Of a stretch of 64,000 bases of DNA, positions 12,076 through 24,315 are shown in pieces. The first letter of the stretch is position 1; every line of letters starts with the position of its first letter. Below the pieces are notes generated by a model, which saw nothing but the letters and a program-made list of their open reading frames with translations, was not told the DNA's origin and searched no databases. The DNA is taken from assembly GCF_030684315.1 (NCBI RefSeq), contig NC_081387.1, positions 11,324,867 through 11,388,866 on the forward strand, written 5' to 3'. A program made the translations under genes and the position numbers. This DNA comes from Stegostoma tigrinum (lineage: Eukaryota).

Positions 12076-13253
12076 CTGGAGATAGTGGTGAAGCTTCAGC
12101 GCTGTCTTTTAAGAAACTCGCATCTGCAGTGATGCAGTCTTCCAGCGGGTTTTAAAGCCAGTTACATGGGCGAGACCGGTTTCAAAGAAATACTGAAAAA
12201 TCTGTAACTCCTGTGTCAAATTCTCTCTGGCTATGTTCAAAAACCGAGAGTTTTTTTTTACACCACAAAATGGGCCATGTGGCCAATCCCTGAACGTGTT
12301 GGAGACTCATTGTCTCCAGTCAAGCATTTTGTCCCTGCAAATATCACATTGTTGCTTCTGCAGTCAGTTCATTGCTTTGCAAACTGGCAATTTCAAGAGG
12401 TTTCAGAAAACACGTTTTCTTAACAATTCAAATGACACCTTCGTTTTTGAGGAACATATTAAGGTATGTTACTTTTTAGGTTTCACTGGCGGCCATCAGC
12501 TATCACAGTGTTTAAGGACATAAAATGCATGCACTTTTAGCTCAACTTGAGATGTACCTGATTGTCAATGCTGAATGAAGAACCTTCATTTTTTTCTCTT
12601 GGAACAATAGAGAAGAGAACAGAAGATTAGAATGCTTAATGACTTTAAATGACCAGTCAACATTTGCAAACTATCCACGGCTATGATTCTAACTGCAACA
12701 AGTGGATTGACCATCGCGACAAAATGCAAAATTCATCTGTATATCAGTTATTTTACATACAAAGTAAGGTTTCGTTGTAAGCAACAGCCACACGTACACA
12801 AGCAATCAGGGACAAACGCAATCTTCGACAGTTAAAGTGAAGCACATTCGCTGTGGACACTGGATTGTCGTCATTTGGATTCTTGTAAATGCAATTGAGC
12901 TGGATGACAAAATAATGCGCTCTAACTAGTTCGTGTTCTGAACTATGTTTCAATTATATTCATGTTATTTTAGCGCTGATATGTCACTGGTAAAACGGCC
13001 GCTAATTTTAGAACTTGCGGTGAGCAGCTTGGTCACAAGGTTAGAGATTTTACACTGAAGCTACCGGTGCAAGCTACCGGTTGTGGTCGCGTTGCAAATT
13101 GGTAACTCTGATGTTCATTATGAATGAGCAGAAATTGGTGTTTAATGAGTGTAAGAAAAAGAAATAGGCAAAGAAATATCCGGTTTTCTAAAGTTTTTAG
13201 ATATGACCGATTAAATGAAACACTCCGATTTATAAATAAGAATAACTGACAAC

Positions 13254-13332
13254 CTGAGACGTGGAGGCGCCGAACTGATTTGGTCCCAGTCAACACCGCT
13301 CACTATTGGACCTCCCATTTCCTCAAACTTTA
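13254..13332 (-). CDS. Possible cytoplasmic exon of the NCR3-like gene (VKFEEMGGPIVSGVDWDQISSAPPRL); could read through to a stop at 13211
   Basis: tttttctgcag acceptor, open in the required phase; weak donor; no homology support. Confidence 0.35.
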
Positions 13333-13902
13333 CTGCAGAAAAATGGACGTTTCACAGTCTGGCCAGTGGCCAGTTTCAAACCACAATTCGTCTGGAAAGG
13401 GAACTTGTTCTATATTAACGGTTTGTTAGCGAAACTGAAAAAAAGCTATAAGGCAAAAAATATAACATTCTTGCTGCAACGCTCGTAGCTATTATTAAGG
13501 GAGATAATGGCCAATTGCTTCTAGTAGATATATGGAAAGGGCGATAATTTAAATAGATGCAGTATTCAGGGCTATGAGTGAAAGTGCTGCAGAATGACAT
13601 TAAATTGTAGTGTTCTTTAAGAGAGGCTCTGCAGAAACAAGGAGCCGAACGGCCTCCTTTATCGTGTGAAGATCCTGAGATTCCAGGATTGAGAGAAATG
13701 CACTTTGTTATCGGTTTCAAAGGGGAGTGCCCACACTGTCGGAAATAAACAGCACCTTTTAACGTGCGTTGCTTGCACCTGCACGGGTGACTGGAATAAC
13801 AGTGATGATGGTGTAAATAGCGAATTAGAGTTAGGCTTTATAACGATGCAGTTGTTCCCAGTTGCGTGGTGAAGGGTTTGAGATTATATAAACGATACCT
13901 AC

Positions 13903-14022
13903 CTGACACTCTACTTCGGAAGAAGATGGCAGTGACTGTGAAGCAGAACAGCGCCATCACAATTACCCTTACGGTGACATGCAACGTGTCCAGAGAATTA
14001 GGTGGTTCAATTTGATTTCTCG
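13903..14022 (-). CDS. NCR3: NKp30/NCR3-like receptor, stalk and transmembrane exon (ARNQIEPPNSLDTLHVTVRVIVMALFCFTVTAIFFRSRVS)
   Basis: tttctttacaacag acceptor, G|gtagg donor, phase 1-1; hydrophobic helix with an N-proximal Arg as in NKp30. Confidence 0.78.
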
Positions 14023-14230
14023 CTGTTGTAAAGAAACAAAGGTTATTGTCATCGTCCTTCTTCTCCTCACTTCCGCTATTATCACTAGAATGAAAATTAT
14101 TCAATCCCTTCACCCTCCAAAGCTTGAGTTAAAAACACGTCTCCCCTCTACTTGCCATGGGAAATATGTCATGCCAGCCTCGAAATTGATAGATCTTGTT
14201 CAACCCTACTTCTCTGTCTTGCCCCATTTC

Positions 14231-14557
14231 ATGGAATCCCTAGAGAGTGGAAACAGGTCCTTCTGATCAACAAGTCCACACCGACCCTCAGAACATCCCA
14301 CCCACACCCATTCCCCTAATTCTACACATCTCTGAACACCACGGGTAATTTAGCATGGCCAATTCACCAAACTCGCACATCTTTGGACTGTGGGAAGCAA
14401 CCGGACCACCGAGAGGAAACCCACGCAGACACGGGGCGGGGGGCGGGGGGGGGGGTGATGTGCAAACTCCGCACAGACAGTTGCCGTTGGTTGGGATCGA
14501 GCCCTCGTTCCTGGCGCTGTGAGGCAGCCGTGCTAATCACTGAGCCACCGTGCTGCC
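14231..14557 (-). mobile_element. HE1-type V-SINE
   Basis: tRNA-like head (gtggctcagtgattagcac...), V-domain (gtctgcgtgggtttcc...cccacagtccaaagatgtgc), CR1-derived tail. Confidence 0.9.
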
Positions 14558-14659
14558 GCACGCACTTGACATTCTGTCTTTTGGGAAATAATACTGGTGT
14601 AAAGTAAGCTAACGTCCTTCTCAACACCATGAGTTGAGGGGTTCTACCTGGCTAGCAAT

Positions 14660-15535
14660 TATAATTCATCCCTAGTTGCCTTGGAAAAGTGATAGACAGC
14701 AGATGTCTAGAAATGCTGCAGACCGTGGTGCTGCTGATCCAGTGAAAGAGAAATACAATTCTATGTGAAAAATGGTATGTGGAGGGGAATTTGCAGATAG
14801 TGATGCTTCCATGTATCCAGTGCCCTGACCTTCTCAGTGGTAAAGATTCCAGGGTTAAAAACGAGCAGTCTCAGCTGTACCCCTGCAGCGTATCTCGTGG
14901 ATGGTATAAAATACAGTCATTGTGCAACAGTATGGAAGGGAAAAAGTATTGAGGGTAGTGGATATGGTGTTGATCAACGGAGATGCTTTGGCTGGATGGC
15001 ACCAAGTTTAGTGAATGCTGTTGGGTCTGCACCCATCTGTTAAGTGAAGAGTAGTGTATTGCATTCCTGTTTGTTCATTGGAGATAGCAGACACTCTTCG
15101 GCAAGGCAGGAGGTGAGTTGATCAACGCTGACATGCGCTTGTAACCCGAGACAGTATACTGCTGGTGCCGTTCAATTTCTGGTCAATATCAACTCACAAA
15201 ATGTTGTTACTGGCAGCTTAATGGTGGCAATGATATTGAATGTAAAAGTGTGATAGCTAGATTCTCTCTCCTTGGAGGTTGCTACTCCTCAGCCATAGCC
15301 TGGATTGTATAGATCGTTTTACTATACTTGGACATCAACTACTTTCATATCTGAGGAGTCATGAATGGTGCTGAACATTGTAATCACCCCACTTCTAACC
15401 TTATGATGGAGGGAACATCACTGATAAAACAGCCCAGGATGGTTGTCACTACCGTGACAAAGGCTTGCAGTGATGTCCTGGCGCTGAGATGACTGACCTC
15501 CAACAAGCACAATCCCCTTTCATTGTACTAGGTTC
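14660..15535 (-). mobile_element. Old CR1/L2-group LINE fragment
   Basis: Decayed sequence resembling the fragments at 37110-37850 and 16350-16640. Confidence 0.5.
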
Positions 15536-15728
15536 CAACTTACAAATCAATTAAAGCAGACCCTTTTCAAAGTGTTAATTAGCCTTCCTGGGAAAAGTAC
15601 TCTGTCTACTCTTTATACCATAAATTTAATATGTTTTTATGGGTTTTTATTTCAAATTGATCACTATCAAGCCAGTCCCAGTACTGACTACAAGTATGCA
15701 AGATGAAACTGCACGCATTCCAACTTAA

Positions 15729-15927
15729 GAGATAATGGGAACTGCAGATGCTGGAGAATTCCAAGATAATAAAATGTGAGGCTGGATGAACACAGCAGGC
15801 CAAGCAGCATCTCAGGAGCAGAAAAGCTGAGGTCTGATGAAGGGTCTAGGCCCGAAACGTCAGCTTTTGTGCTCCTGAGATGCTGCTTGACGTGCTGTGT
15901 TCATCCAGCCTCACATTTTATTATCTT
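15729..15927. mobile_element. Fold-back element family A with intact hammerhead-like core
   Basis: Inverted arms; CTGATGA-agggtctaggccc-GAAACGTC at 15834-15861; perfect TSD CGCATTCCAACTTAA (15714-15728, 15928-15942). Confidence 0.85.
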
Positions 15928-17773
15928 CGCATTCCAACTTAATATGCTTTTCTAAGTAAATTTAAGCTAAGCTGCTGGAAATAAAATGAACAATCTAACT
16001 GCCATTTTCTCTGTTGCCTTTTCGAAGGAGTGAAATGGAATGAACTTCAGCACTGCACCAGATCTGAAGAAGGTTCAACATTAGATCATAATTAGCTTAA
16101 TACATTCAGTGAAGTGCATGAAAATTTTAAGGCAGGTATGAGAAATTCTTGAATAGTACAGAGTATAAGGATTTCAAAAACAAATCGGATGGCATGATGC
16201 TGGAATTCTTAAGAATTATTCGATTGAAATACATGAAGACATGACTATAGGAAGGTAATGTAGTTGATATTCTGGAAATGATAGGATCAAGCTAGTGCAA
16301 GTGAGAAGTTCTCTGTCTCTGAACTTAGGTTGGACCTGAAAGTGAAAAGTCTTGCACTTTTATTTCAGTTTATAGACCTGAAGCGCTTGTAACTTCACAT
16401 AATTGAAATGTCAAGGGTCCCAGATACATGGGTGCACCAACATCCATAAGTTCCCCTCCAAGACATACACCATCCTGACTTCTAAATGTATCACCATGTC
16501 TTCATTGTCACTGGGTGAGCATCCTGGAACTTGCTCCCTAACAGCACTGAGCCTGTCCCTGTACCGCATGGACAACAATGACATCGTTTTCAGGCCAATT
16601 ATTGAAGGTACACAAATGCTGGCCTTGCCTGTGACATGCACACTCTGTGGGAAAGATACGTCATTATCTTTTTTTTAAAAAAAGATTTGAACATTCCATA
16701 TACATATTGATTTTTTTTTACTTAAATTAACACACTATGTTGACCTTGTCAAACTTGCCCAGCTACCACTTTGGTTTTAGAAGTTGACCTTTAAAAAGGC
16801 AACTTTGGATGCACTGTTGATGTGAAATTATGGATGAGGAGGCCTTAAGAAGAATGGAACTCGATTTCGAAAGAATCAGGGCATATCACATCGAAAGATT
16901 TTGAATTCTTGGGAATTTTACACTGTCAAACATAATTGGATGGCGCCCCTGCCTGCGGCGAGTGTTACTCTATGTCAGGATATCAGAAGGGGTCAATCAT
17001 TCAAAGCTGCAATGAAGAGAATTTTCTCACTTCATTTGGTGCGAACATTCTCAATTTTAAACAAGAGCTGGCTATGGATGAGGTTTTGTTGAGAACGAGA
17101 GAGTATTAACGCGTGGGGCTGTTGCGGTGCAGTGATTGTGCCCCTATCATTAAGGCAGGAGACTGTGGTTCATATTCCACCCCCCCCCCCCCCATCCTGA
17201 GCTGTGTAAATGACATCTCTAAGTAGGTTGATCAACACATACGTTTTTAAATCAATAAACATAGAGGCATGAAGGTGTCGAAGTATCCAGAGAACAGGAT
17301 GAAGTGCAATTTCTGCAAACAGTCGCACTATGATAAAATTGCATCTGAGGAAGACCGGAAGCAATTGGTATTTCTGTTCTGACAGAACAGTGCAATTTTA
17401 CGCACGAAGAGGTCATTCAGCTCATCGTATCAGCACAGTCAACAGGTCCCCCATTCCAATCCTACTTTCCCCTACTACAATCAACAAACTGGGGCAGAGA
17501 ATTCCAGGTACCCAGCAATTACCTGAAACAGTTTGAACTATTAAGGAAACCATTATTCTTATATTTTCCCCCACGGTGTTATACACTGCTTAGAATTCAA
17601 CACAGCCATTCTTTCATGATCACCAATTCATCTTTAAGATATTTTGATATCAACTCATTCAGATATGGTATTAACTTAAGCTCTGGCCTTCTATTCAGAG
17701 GTAAGGACACTTGCTCCTCCCTACAAGAGCCCAGCAAATCAGCTTTCAAGTTTACAGTATGTGGCATGCTCAC

Positions 17774-18112
17774 CTGTCACAATAAGCGTTGTTCCCGGTC
17801 CATAATGTTCACCGCTTGAGACAAATTCCACTTTGCAATAATAGGTCGCCTCATCGCTCAATGTCACATTAACCAGTTGAATCCAGGCGCCCGTCCTTCC
17901 GTCCATTTCCCCCCTGTTTGGTCCGATGACCCTGCCTCTGTATTGTGCTGTGCTGTTACAAAGCTCCGTGCCCCCTGCATTGTTCCGGAACCACTTGAAG
18001 ACCCTCGGTCCATTTGTTCTTTCGTACGCACAGTACATAGTGGCCGACCTCCCCTCGGTTACATTAACAAATGCCGGATTCTGAAGTACTTTGATGTTCT
18101 CGGCACTCGCTG
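17774..18112 (-). CDS. NCR3: NKp30/NCR3-like receptor, single VJ-type Ig V exon
   Basis: tttttcag acceptor, G|gtgagc donor, phase 1-1. Canonical C, W and D.ATYYC plus J-like YGPGTTLIV. WFR...GTELCNSTAQYRGR and YYCKVEF resemble NKp30 WFR...GKEVRNGTPEFRGR and YVCRVEV. Confidence 0.85.
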
Positions 18113-18364
18113 CTGAAAAAGAGCAAACTGCGTTAAAGTGAAGTCTCTTTGTGGCGAGACGTGTTCATAATTCCACTCCTCAAACACCACATTGAAACAC
18201 CAACGCTCCTTTATTCATTTTAACCGACAATAACAGCTTAAAATAATGCAAATAAATCTCCCACTATGATACCTGTCAAGGAAATGCCATGCTTTCAAAA
18301 CTATTTAACCTTTAAATAAATTTGATTTTCCAGTTTGCAAAACACTTCTTCACATGTTGAGGCC

Positions 18365-18610
18365 AGGAGATCAAGTAGCAGATTTGGGCCCATTCCCAGG
18401 CTCCTCCACCATTTGAACATGGCTGATATGTTTCTCAACCTCATCCTCCTGCCTTCTCCCTGCAATCTTTCATTCCCTTATTAATAGAATACCTATCTAT
18501 CTCTGTCTTCAAGACACTCAATGACTTGACCTCCACAGTCTTCTGCAGGAATGAGTTCCACAGATTCACCACACTCTGTCTGAAGAAATTCCTCCTCATC
18601 TTTGTTCTTA
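18365..18610 (-). mobile_element. CR1 3' fragment
   Basis: gagttccacagattcaccac...gaagaaattcctcctcatc motif. Confidence 0.65.
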
Positions 18611-19377
18611 TTCCAAGAAATATTCAAAGCCCTAATTCATTCCAAATAGCACATTAGACAATACAAGAAGGCATGGCTCTGTGAGGTAAAGTCAAACTGC
18701 AACATTTCAACTGGAACTTTGCTGGAGCAAACTTCTTTTCTTTATTTAAAGATGGCCCAGATGCATTTTTCCCTCAAAAAGTGCTTGTCGGTAACAACCA
18801 AGCCAGGAAATATCTTTGGCGAAAGAGCCTGACCGTACAGCTCCTTTGTCATTTTGAACGTGCACAGCATGTCAAATGCAGACTCTGTGGACCAAGTCTC
18901 AGAGATATAGCATCATGGGGGATATCCTTCTCTTAAAATACAGAAAGATGTAATCTTCTCGTTTGACTTACTATCTTGGCTGAGATGAATATTCTTTCGT
19001 GGCTTTTTGTAGGTTAAAATCAATAGTCCTCGGAAGTTGTGGAATTAGGAAGGGAAATAAGCCTTGCATCACTCACATTTGGAACACGTTCTTGTGGAGT
19101 TTACTGGTTAACACTAACGTAATTGGCTAATGAAAATCGCCTGTGCTGATAAAGAATTGATAGGCTGTTATACATCAGTCATGATATCATATTCATGTTT
19201 AATGCTAGTTTAATGGAGGGCTCTTGTGGTGCAGAGGAAGCATCCTCACATTTGAGCCAGGAGGTATGAGTTCAAGCTCCACCAGCTCCAGAGTTCCGTA
19301 GGAACGTTTCTGAGCAGATTGGTTAAAATAGAACCGTGGTGATTATGGTAGTGGGAATTTCACTCAGCTATGTGTGA

Positions 19378-20435
19378 GCCATAGAGTAGCACAGACCCTT
19401 CAGTCCAACGCATCCATGCTGACAAGGTATTCTAAATATATCTAGTTTCATTTGCCAGCATTTGTCCCATATCCCTCTAGATCCTTCCTATTCATGTACC
19501 CATCAAGGTATCTTTTAAATGCTGTAATGGTACCAGCCTCCACCACTTCCTCTGGCAGCTCATTCCATACATGCACCAGCCTCTGCGTGAAAAACCTACG
19601 CTTTCCGTCCCTTTTAAATCTTTCCCCTCTCACCTTAAACCTTATTCCCTATAATTTTGGATTCCTGTACCTTGAGAAAAAGACCTTAGCTATTCAACCT
19701 ACCCATGGTACCCATGATTTTATAAACTTCTGTAATTTCACCCATCAGCCTCCGGCACTCCTGGGAAAACAGCCCCAGCCTATTCACCTTGTTCGCAGAG
19801 CTCAAATCCTCTAACTCTGGCAACATCCTTGTAAATCTTTTCTAAACCCTTTAAGTTTCACAACAACTTTCCTATAGTATGGAGACCAGAATTGAATGTA
19901 ATATTCCAAAAGTGGCCTAACCAATGTACAACCTCAACATGATATCTCAGCTCCTGTGCTCAATGCACTGACCAACCTGTACCAGACCCTGTCTACCTAT
20001 GGCACCCTTCGAAGAAACTATGAACCTGCACTCCAAGGTATCTTTGTTCAGCAACACTGCCCATAGTGCACGCTTCCTGCCTCGAATTGCCTGACCAAAT
20101 TGCAACAGCTCACATTTATCTAAATTTAACTCTACCTGCTGTGCTTCAGTCCTGCCGATCAAGATCCTGTTCTATTTTGAGATAATCTTAGCTCTCCACA
20201 CCATCAATTTTAGTGTCATCTTCAAAACTTACTAGCCATACCTCCTATATTCACACCATATCATTGATATAAACAACAAAAAGCAGTGAACCCAATACCA
20301 ATCTCTGTGGCACACTTCTGGTCACAAGCCTCCAGCTTGAAAAACAACCCTCACCTCTTACTTTCAAATCTATTTTGAAACCCTGGATTTCATGTGATCT
20401 AGCCATACTAACCAATCTGCTAAGAGGAAACATGT
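19378..20435 (-). mobile_element. CR1 LINE fragment in NCR3-like intron 1
   Basis: SVPQRLVLG and FFTQRLVHVWNELPEEVVEAG remnants. Confidence 0.85.
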
Positions 20436-21184
20436 TAAACCTCTGGGTATAATAAAAAAAAATGTGATGCCCCCTTCTAACAAATTACTGGGCTGTGCTG
20501 ATATCTTCTACTTTTGTTTTTCAAAAAGAAACTTAAACACAGAGAATATTGAAAAACTCAGTGGATTTGAGAGTAAGTGATAGAGTCAGCACAGTCCCAA
20601 CAGACGTGAGGGCTGCTCCCTCAGAGGCAGACAACTGGTGGTGTTTAAACCTGAGGGTCACCATGCCTGAGGTGAGGGCAAAGCTTGAGAAGGAGTCCTT
20701 CATGCTAATCTCAACCAGTGCAGAAACTAAATCCATGCAGTTGATCTTAATCATTACTGTAGACCAGCTGCCCAATAATCCAAGCTAATCTATACCGTAA
20801 GAGAAAGCTAAAGAGAGGGCTCAAATTTTAATTATGTTTGTCTCTTCACAGACCTGCTGAGCATCCCCAGCATTCCACATGCTTGTTTCAGCTTTCTAGC
20901 ATCTTTTTTTGTAATCAAACTTTAATTTGACAGGTTGGGCTGCTGGGTTGCTGTAGCAAACAAAAAAAGAAATCAAAGGTCAACGGAAGGTCACAGAACT
21001 GCAACTGATCAAAATTACATAATTACCAGGGGTTGATGATATACCCCAGCCCCTGTGATGCCTATGGATCCCTAAATTCTTCTTTGTGCCCAGTAGCACT
21101 GACCTTCTCAATCTTCAGACGTGTTCGCATTGTACAAAGAGCACATTCGCTCCACTCAGTGTGGGGTTTGCTGAAGGTCCTTAC

Positions 21185-21227
21185 CAAAGACTTGAGCCAG
21201 GATCCAGAGCAGGAGGCTGGAGTGCAT
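21185..21227 (-). CDS. NCR3: NKp30/NCR3-like receptor, leader exon (MHSSLLLWILAQVF)
   Basis: ATG, hydrophobic leader, phase-1 donor G|gtaagg. Splices in frame to the V exon giving MHSSLLLWILAQVFAASA-ENIKVLQ. Confidence 0.8.
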
Positions 21228-22755
21228 TCTCTCGGCCGTAGATGTGCCAAGTCTTTTACGGATTCACAACTTGCAGATTGAATGATGACCATTCACCTTT
21301 TGTGCTGGTGGTACGAACAGGATGTACTGAAAACACAGCATCAACTGTTTCTCCCCTGTAACACTGAGTGGTCACGTTGATTTCAGCTTTTACATCTCTG
21401 TCGTGCTGGAAGCTCGAAGAAGGACTTGCTTCGGAAACAGCAGTGAATCGGCGAAACATTGTGGTTTCTCAACGCACTCTTTCTCACTTCAGCTCATGTG
21501 AGTATGATTTGCCAATGAAGTATCCGGATGGAGCTCCTTGCCAGAAGAGATGAAGAGAATTTGTTGATCTGATTCAAGGTAAATAAAAATGCTGGGGGAT
21601 AGCCAGTGGACCAATGAATATTGAAGGATACAGATGGGACACAATTGCACCAGCAGGGTTGCAGAGCTAAGTTGAAGCAACTGGACAGCATTTATAACAT
21701 GGCACCAATTTACACTAATCTCCAAAGGTACATATAATTGAAACTATCGGAATAGATATTTTTTCTTTGATAGGTGGAAAGAGTTTTGTTTGTGCCCCTT
21801 TTAGTTCATTCTGTAACCACTGACTAGATCTTCTCAGAGAGAACGTAATGAAGTTTTATCAGTGGTCCTAGTTAGCAACGCAATTTATTTCTTTGGCACT
21901 TCATGCAGAGGCCAATGGTAAATAGTGTGAAATGACTACGCGTCATGTTTACAGTAAGTCAGATTCGAAGTTTAGAAAGAAATGATGAGATATTCACCAT
22001 TCCCAAAAGTGATAAGTGAGAACAGAATTCAAGATAAGTGTAATAATTTATGTCACTGCACTTGAAAGCAAATAATGTATCAAGTGGAATATTATATAAC
22101 TTGGTCTATTTCAACTGTACTTGACATCTCACTGAATGAAGCTGTTCTGTTGTAGTGCTTCTGTATTTTATACAGCATAACAGGAACATTCAGTGATATG
22201 AACTTAGAGAGGCTGCAATTGTTTCTTTGTCAAGTAGGTAGTGATATATAATGCTCTGTTTTGGAGTATTTATGCAACAAACCTGTGTTTTGAATCAAAT
22301 TATAACTCAATCATTAACATTTCTCTGCACATTTCTAACTTTCTTGCTACTGACAGTGATTGAAGTTTCTCATTATTTATTAGTGTCGCTCAGCCTTGAA
22401 CCCTGGAAATAGTTTGGCCCAGTGAATGTCACTGAAATGTGCTACTTGCTGTAATCATCTCATGCTCTTAGCCATATTCAGTTGAGCACAAAGATAACTT
22501 AAGTTGCATTTCTTCTGATGGCCTAATCATTGCTCTCAAAATAAAAATGATGAAAATGTGTTATTGATGTCATTTCCTCTCAGACAAAATAGCCTGCTGG
22601 TTGACAATGTTGCACTTAAAAGACCAGCAGCAGTGGGAATGGTGGACGTATGTGTGACTGATGAAGTGTAATGAGGAAAAATAAGACTGTTAGAAGGCTT
22701 TTGATTGGAGCTCACATCAGAGATTAGCAAGTAAAATTAAAACCCAAGAATGGAG

Positions 22756-22919
22756 TGTTTCTCTCTTCACAGGTACAGCAGACATTATGAGCTTCTCCAG
22801 AGTTTCAGGCACCCAACAGCAATAGTGAAGGCTGCAGCTCATGAGTGAATGAAACATTTGGAACAGATGGATTAGTTTCAGCAGCATAAAGCCTGGAGAA
22901 ATGTTAAGACATTTTCAAG
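22756..22919 (+). repeat. ~164-bp direct repeat, copy 1
   Basis: About 90% identical by eye to 25483-25646. Confidence 0.85.
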
Positions 22920-23024
22920 TTGGCAGACAGGAAGAAAAGTGTAGGAATAGACAGGTCTTTTCCAGGTCAAAATCAAATTATGGAAAATCTTAGCAGTCCA
23001 ATGAACGTTTTTAGAACCCCTGCA

Positions 23025-24310
23025 GATCTTCTCTGAGTGGCAGGCAACGACTGGTGGGGGTACCATAGCATTTAGTGTTAGCACTTTAGATAATCACAGT
23101 ATATATTAATGATTTAGATGAGGGGGCTAAATGTATTATCTCCACTTCTGTAGATAACACAAAGCTGGATGAGAGAATGAGCTGTGAGGAGCTTGAGGTG
23201 TGATTTGGACAAGTTGAGTGAGTGGAAAAATATATGGCAGATGATGCATAATCTAGATAAAAGTGAGGTTATCCACTTTGAAAGCAAAAACAGGAAGACA
23301 GATTATTATCTGAATGGTTATAGATTGGGGAAGGAATGGCCTGATGTGACCTGAATGTTCTTGTACACCAGTCACTCAAAGTAAGCATGCAGGTGCAGCA
23401 TAGATTAGATTCCCTACAGTGTGGAAACAGGCCCTTTGGCCCAACAAGTCCACACTGCCCTTTGTAGCATCCCATCCAGACCCATCCTCCTATAACCCAC
23501 ACACCCCTGAACACTACAGCAATTTAGCACGGCCAATCCACCTAGCCTGCACATCTTTGGACTGTGGGAGAAAACTGGAGCACCTGGAGGAAACCCACAC
23601 AGACACAGGGAGAATGTGAAAACTCCACACGGATGCTTGCCTGAGGCTGGAATTGAACCTTGGTCCCTGGCACTGTGAGGCTGCAGTGCTAACCACTGAG
23701 CTGCTGTGCCGTGTAAAGCAGGTGGTAAAGAAAGCAAGTGGAAAAGAAAGCCTTTATAGTGAGAGGTTTCAAGCATGGGAGCCGGGATGTCAGGCTGCAA
23801 TTTTGCAGGGCCTTGTCAAGACTACACCTGGAATAATATGTGCAGATTTGGTCTCCTTATCTGAGGTTGGATGTACTGGCTAAGGAGGGAATGCATTCAA
23901 GACTGATTTCTGGGATGGCAGATCTAATGTAGGAAGAGAGACTGGATCTCCATGTTCACGGGTGTTGAGAAAAAAAATGAGGGGGGATTTCATAGATTGT
24001 AAAACTCGAACAGCGCTTTAGCCAAGGTAACTACATAAAGGATGCATTGGATGACTGAGGAGCCCAGGAACAAAGGCCACAGACTAAAGATACAAGTTAG
24101 GCCATATAGGACTGAGATGGGGAGTCATATCCTCACCCAGAGAGTGGTGAGGCCATGAAATTCTCTGCTACAGAAAATGGTGAAGGTCAAAATGTTTTCA
24201 AGAAGGACTTAGGTATAATTCTTCGCACTAAAGGGATAAGATGTGGAGAAAACGTGGGAGCAGATGATAGAGTTGAGTGATTAGCCACAATCATATTGAA
24301 TGGAGGAACA
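23025..24310 (+). mobile_element. Decayed CR1 LINE interrupted by a SINE
   Basis: YINDLDEG and KSEVIHFESKN (KCEVIHFG-like) remnants on both sides of the SINE. Confidence 0.8.
23401..23712 (-). mobile_element. HE1-type V-SINE, full length
   Basis: A/B boxes, V-domain, (aatct)n tail. Confidence 0.92.
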
Positions 24311-24315
24311 AGGAG

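Noticed and set aside
14440-14557. tRNA-like A/B boxes here and in other SINE heads
   Set aside because: Parts of HE1 SINEs, not tRNA genes
17774-18112. Rearranging TCR or Ig V segment
   Set aside because: The J-like motif is in the same exon, no heptamer/nonamer RSS or C-domain exon was seen, and it splices directly to a TM exon
18255-18300. Donor-like site near the V exon as a candidate NCR3 leader
   Set aside because: A stop codon in the required frame; a clean leader exists at 21185-21227
21848-21920. Signal-peptide-like stretch MKFYQWS*LATQFISLALHAEAN with a donor, as a candidate C4 exon 1
   Set aside because: In-frame TAG and wrong phase; 26620-26684 fits far better
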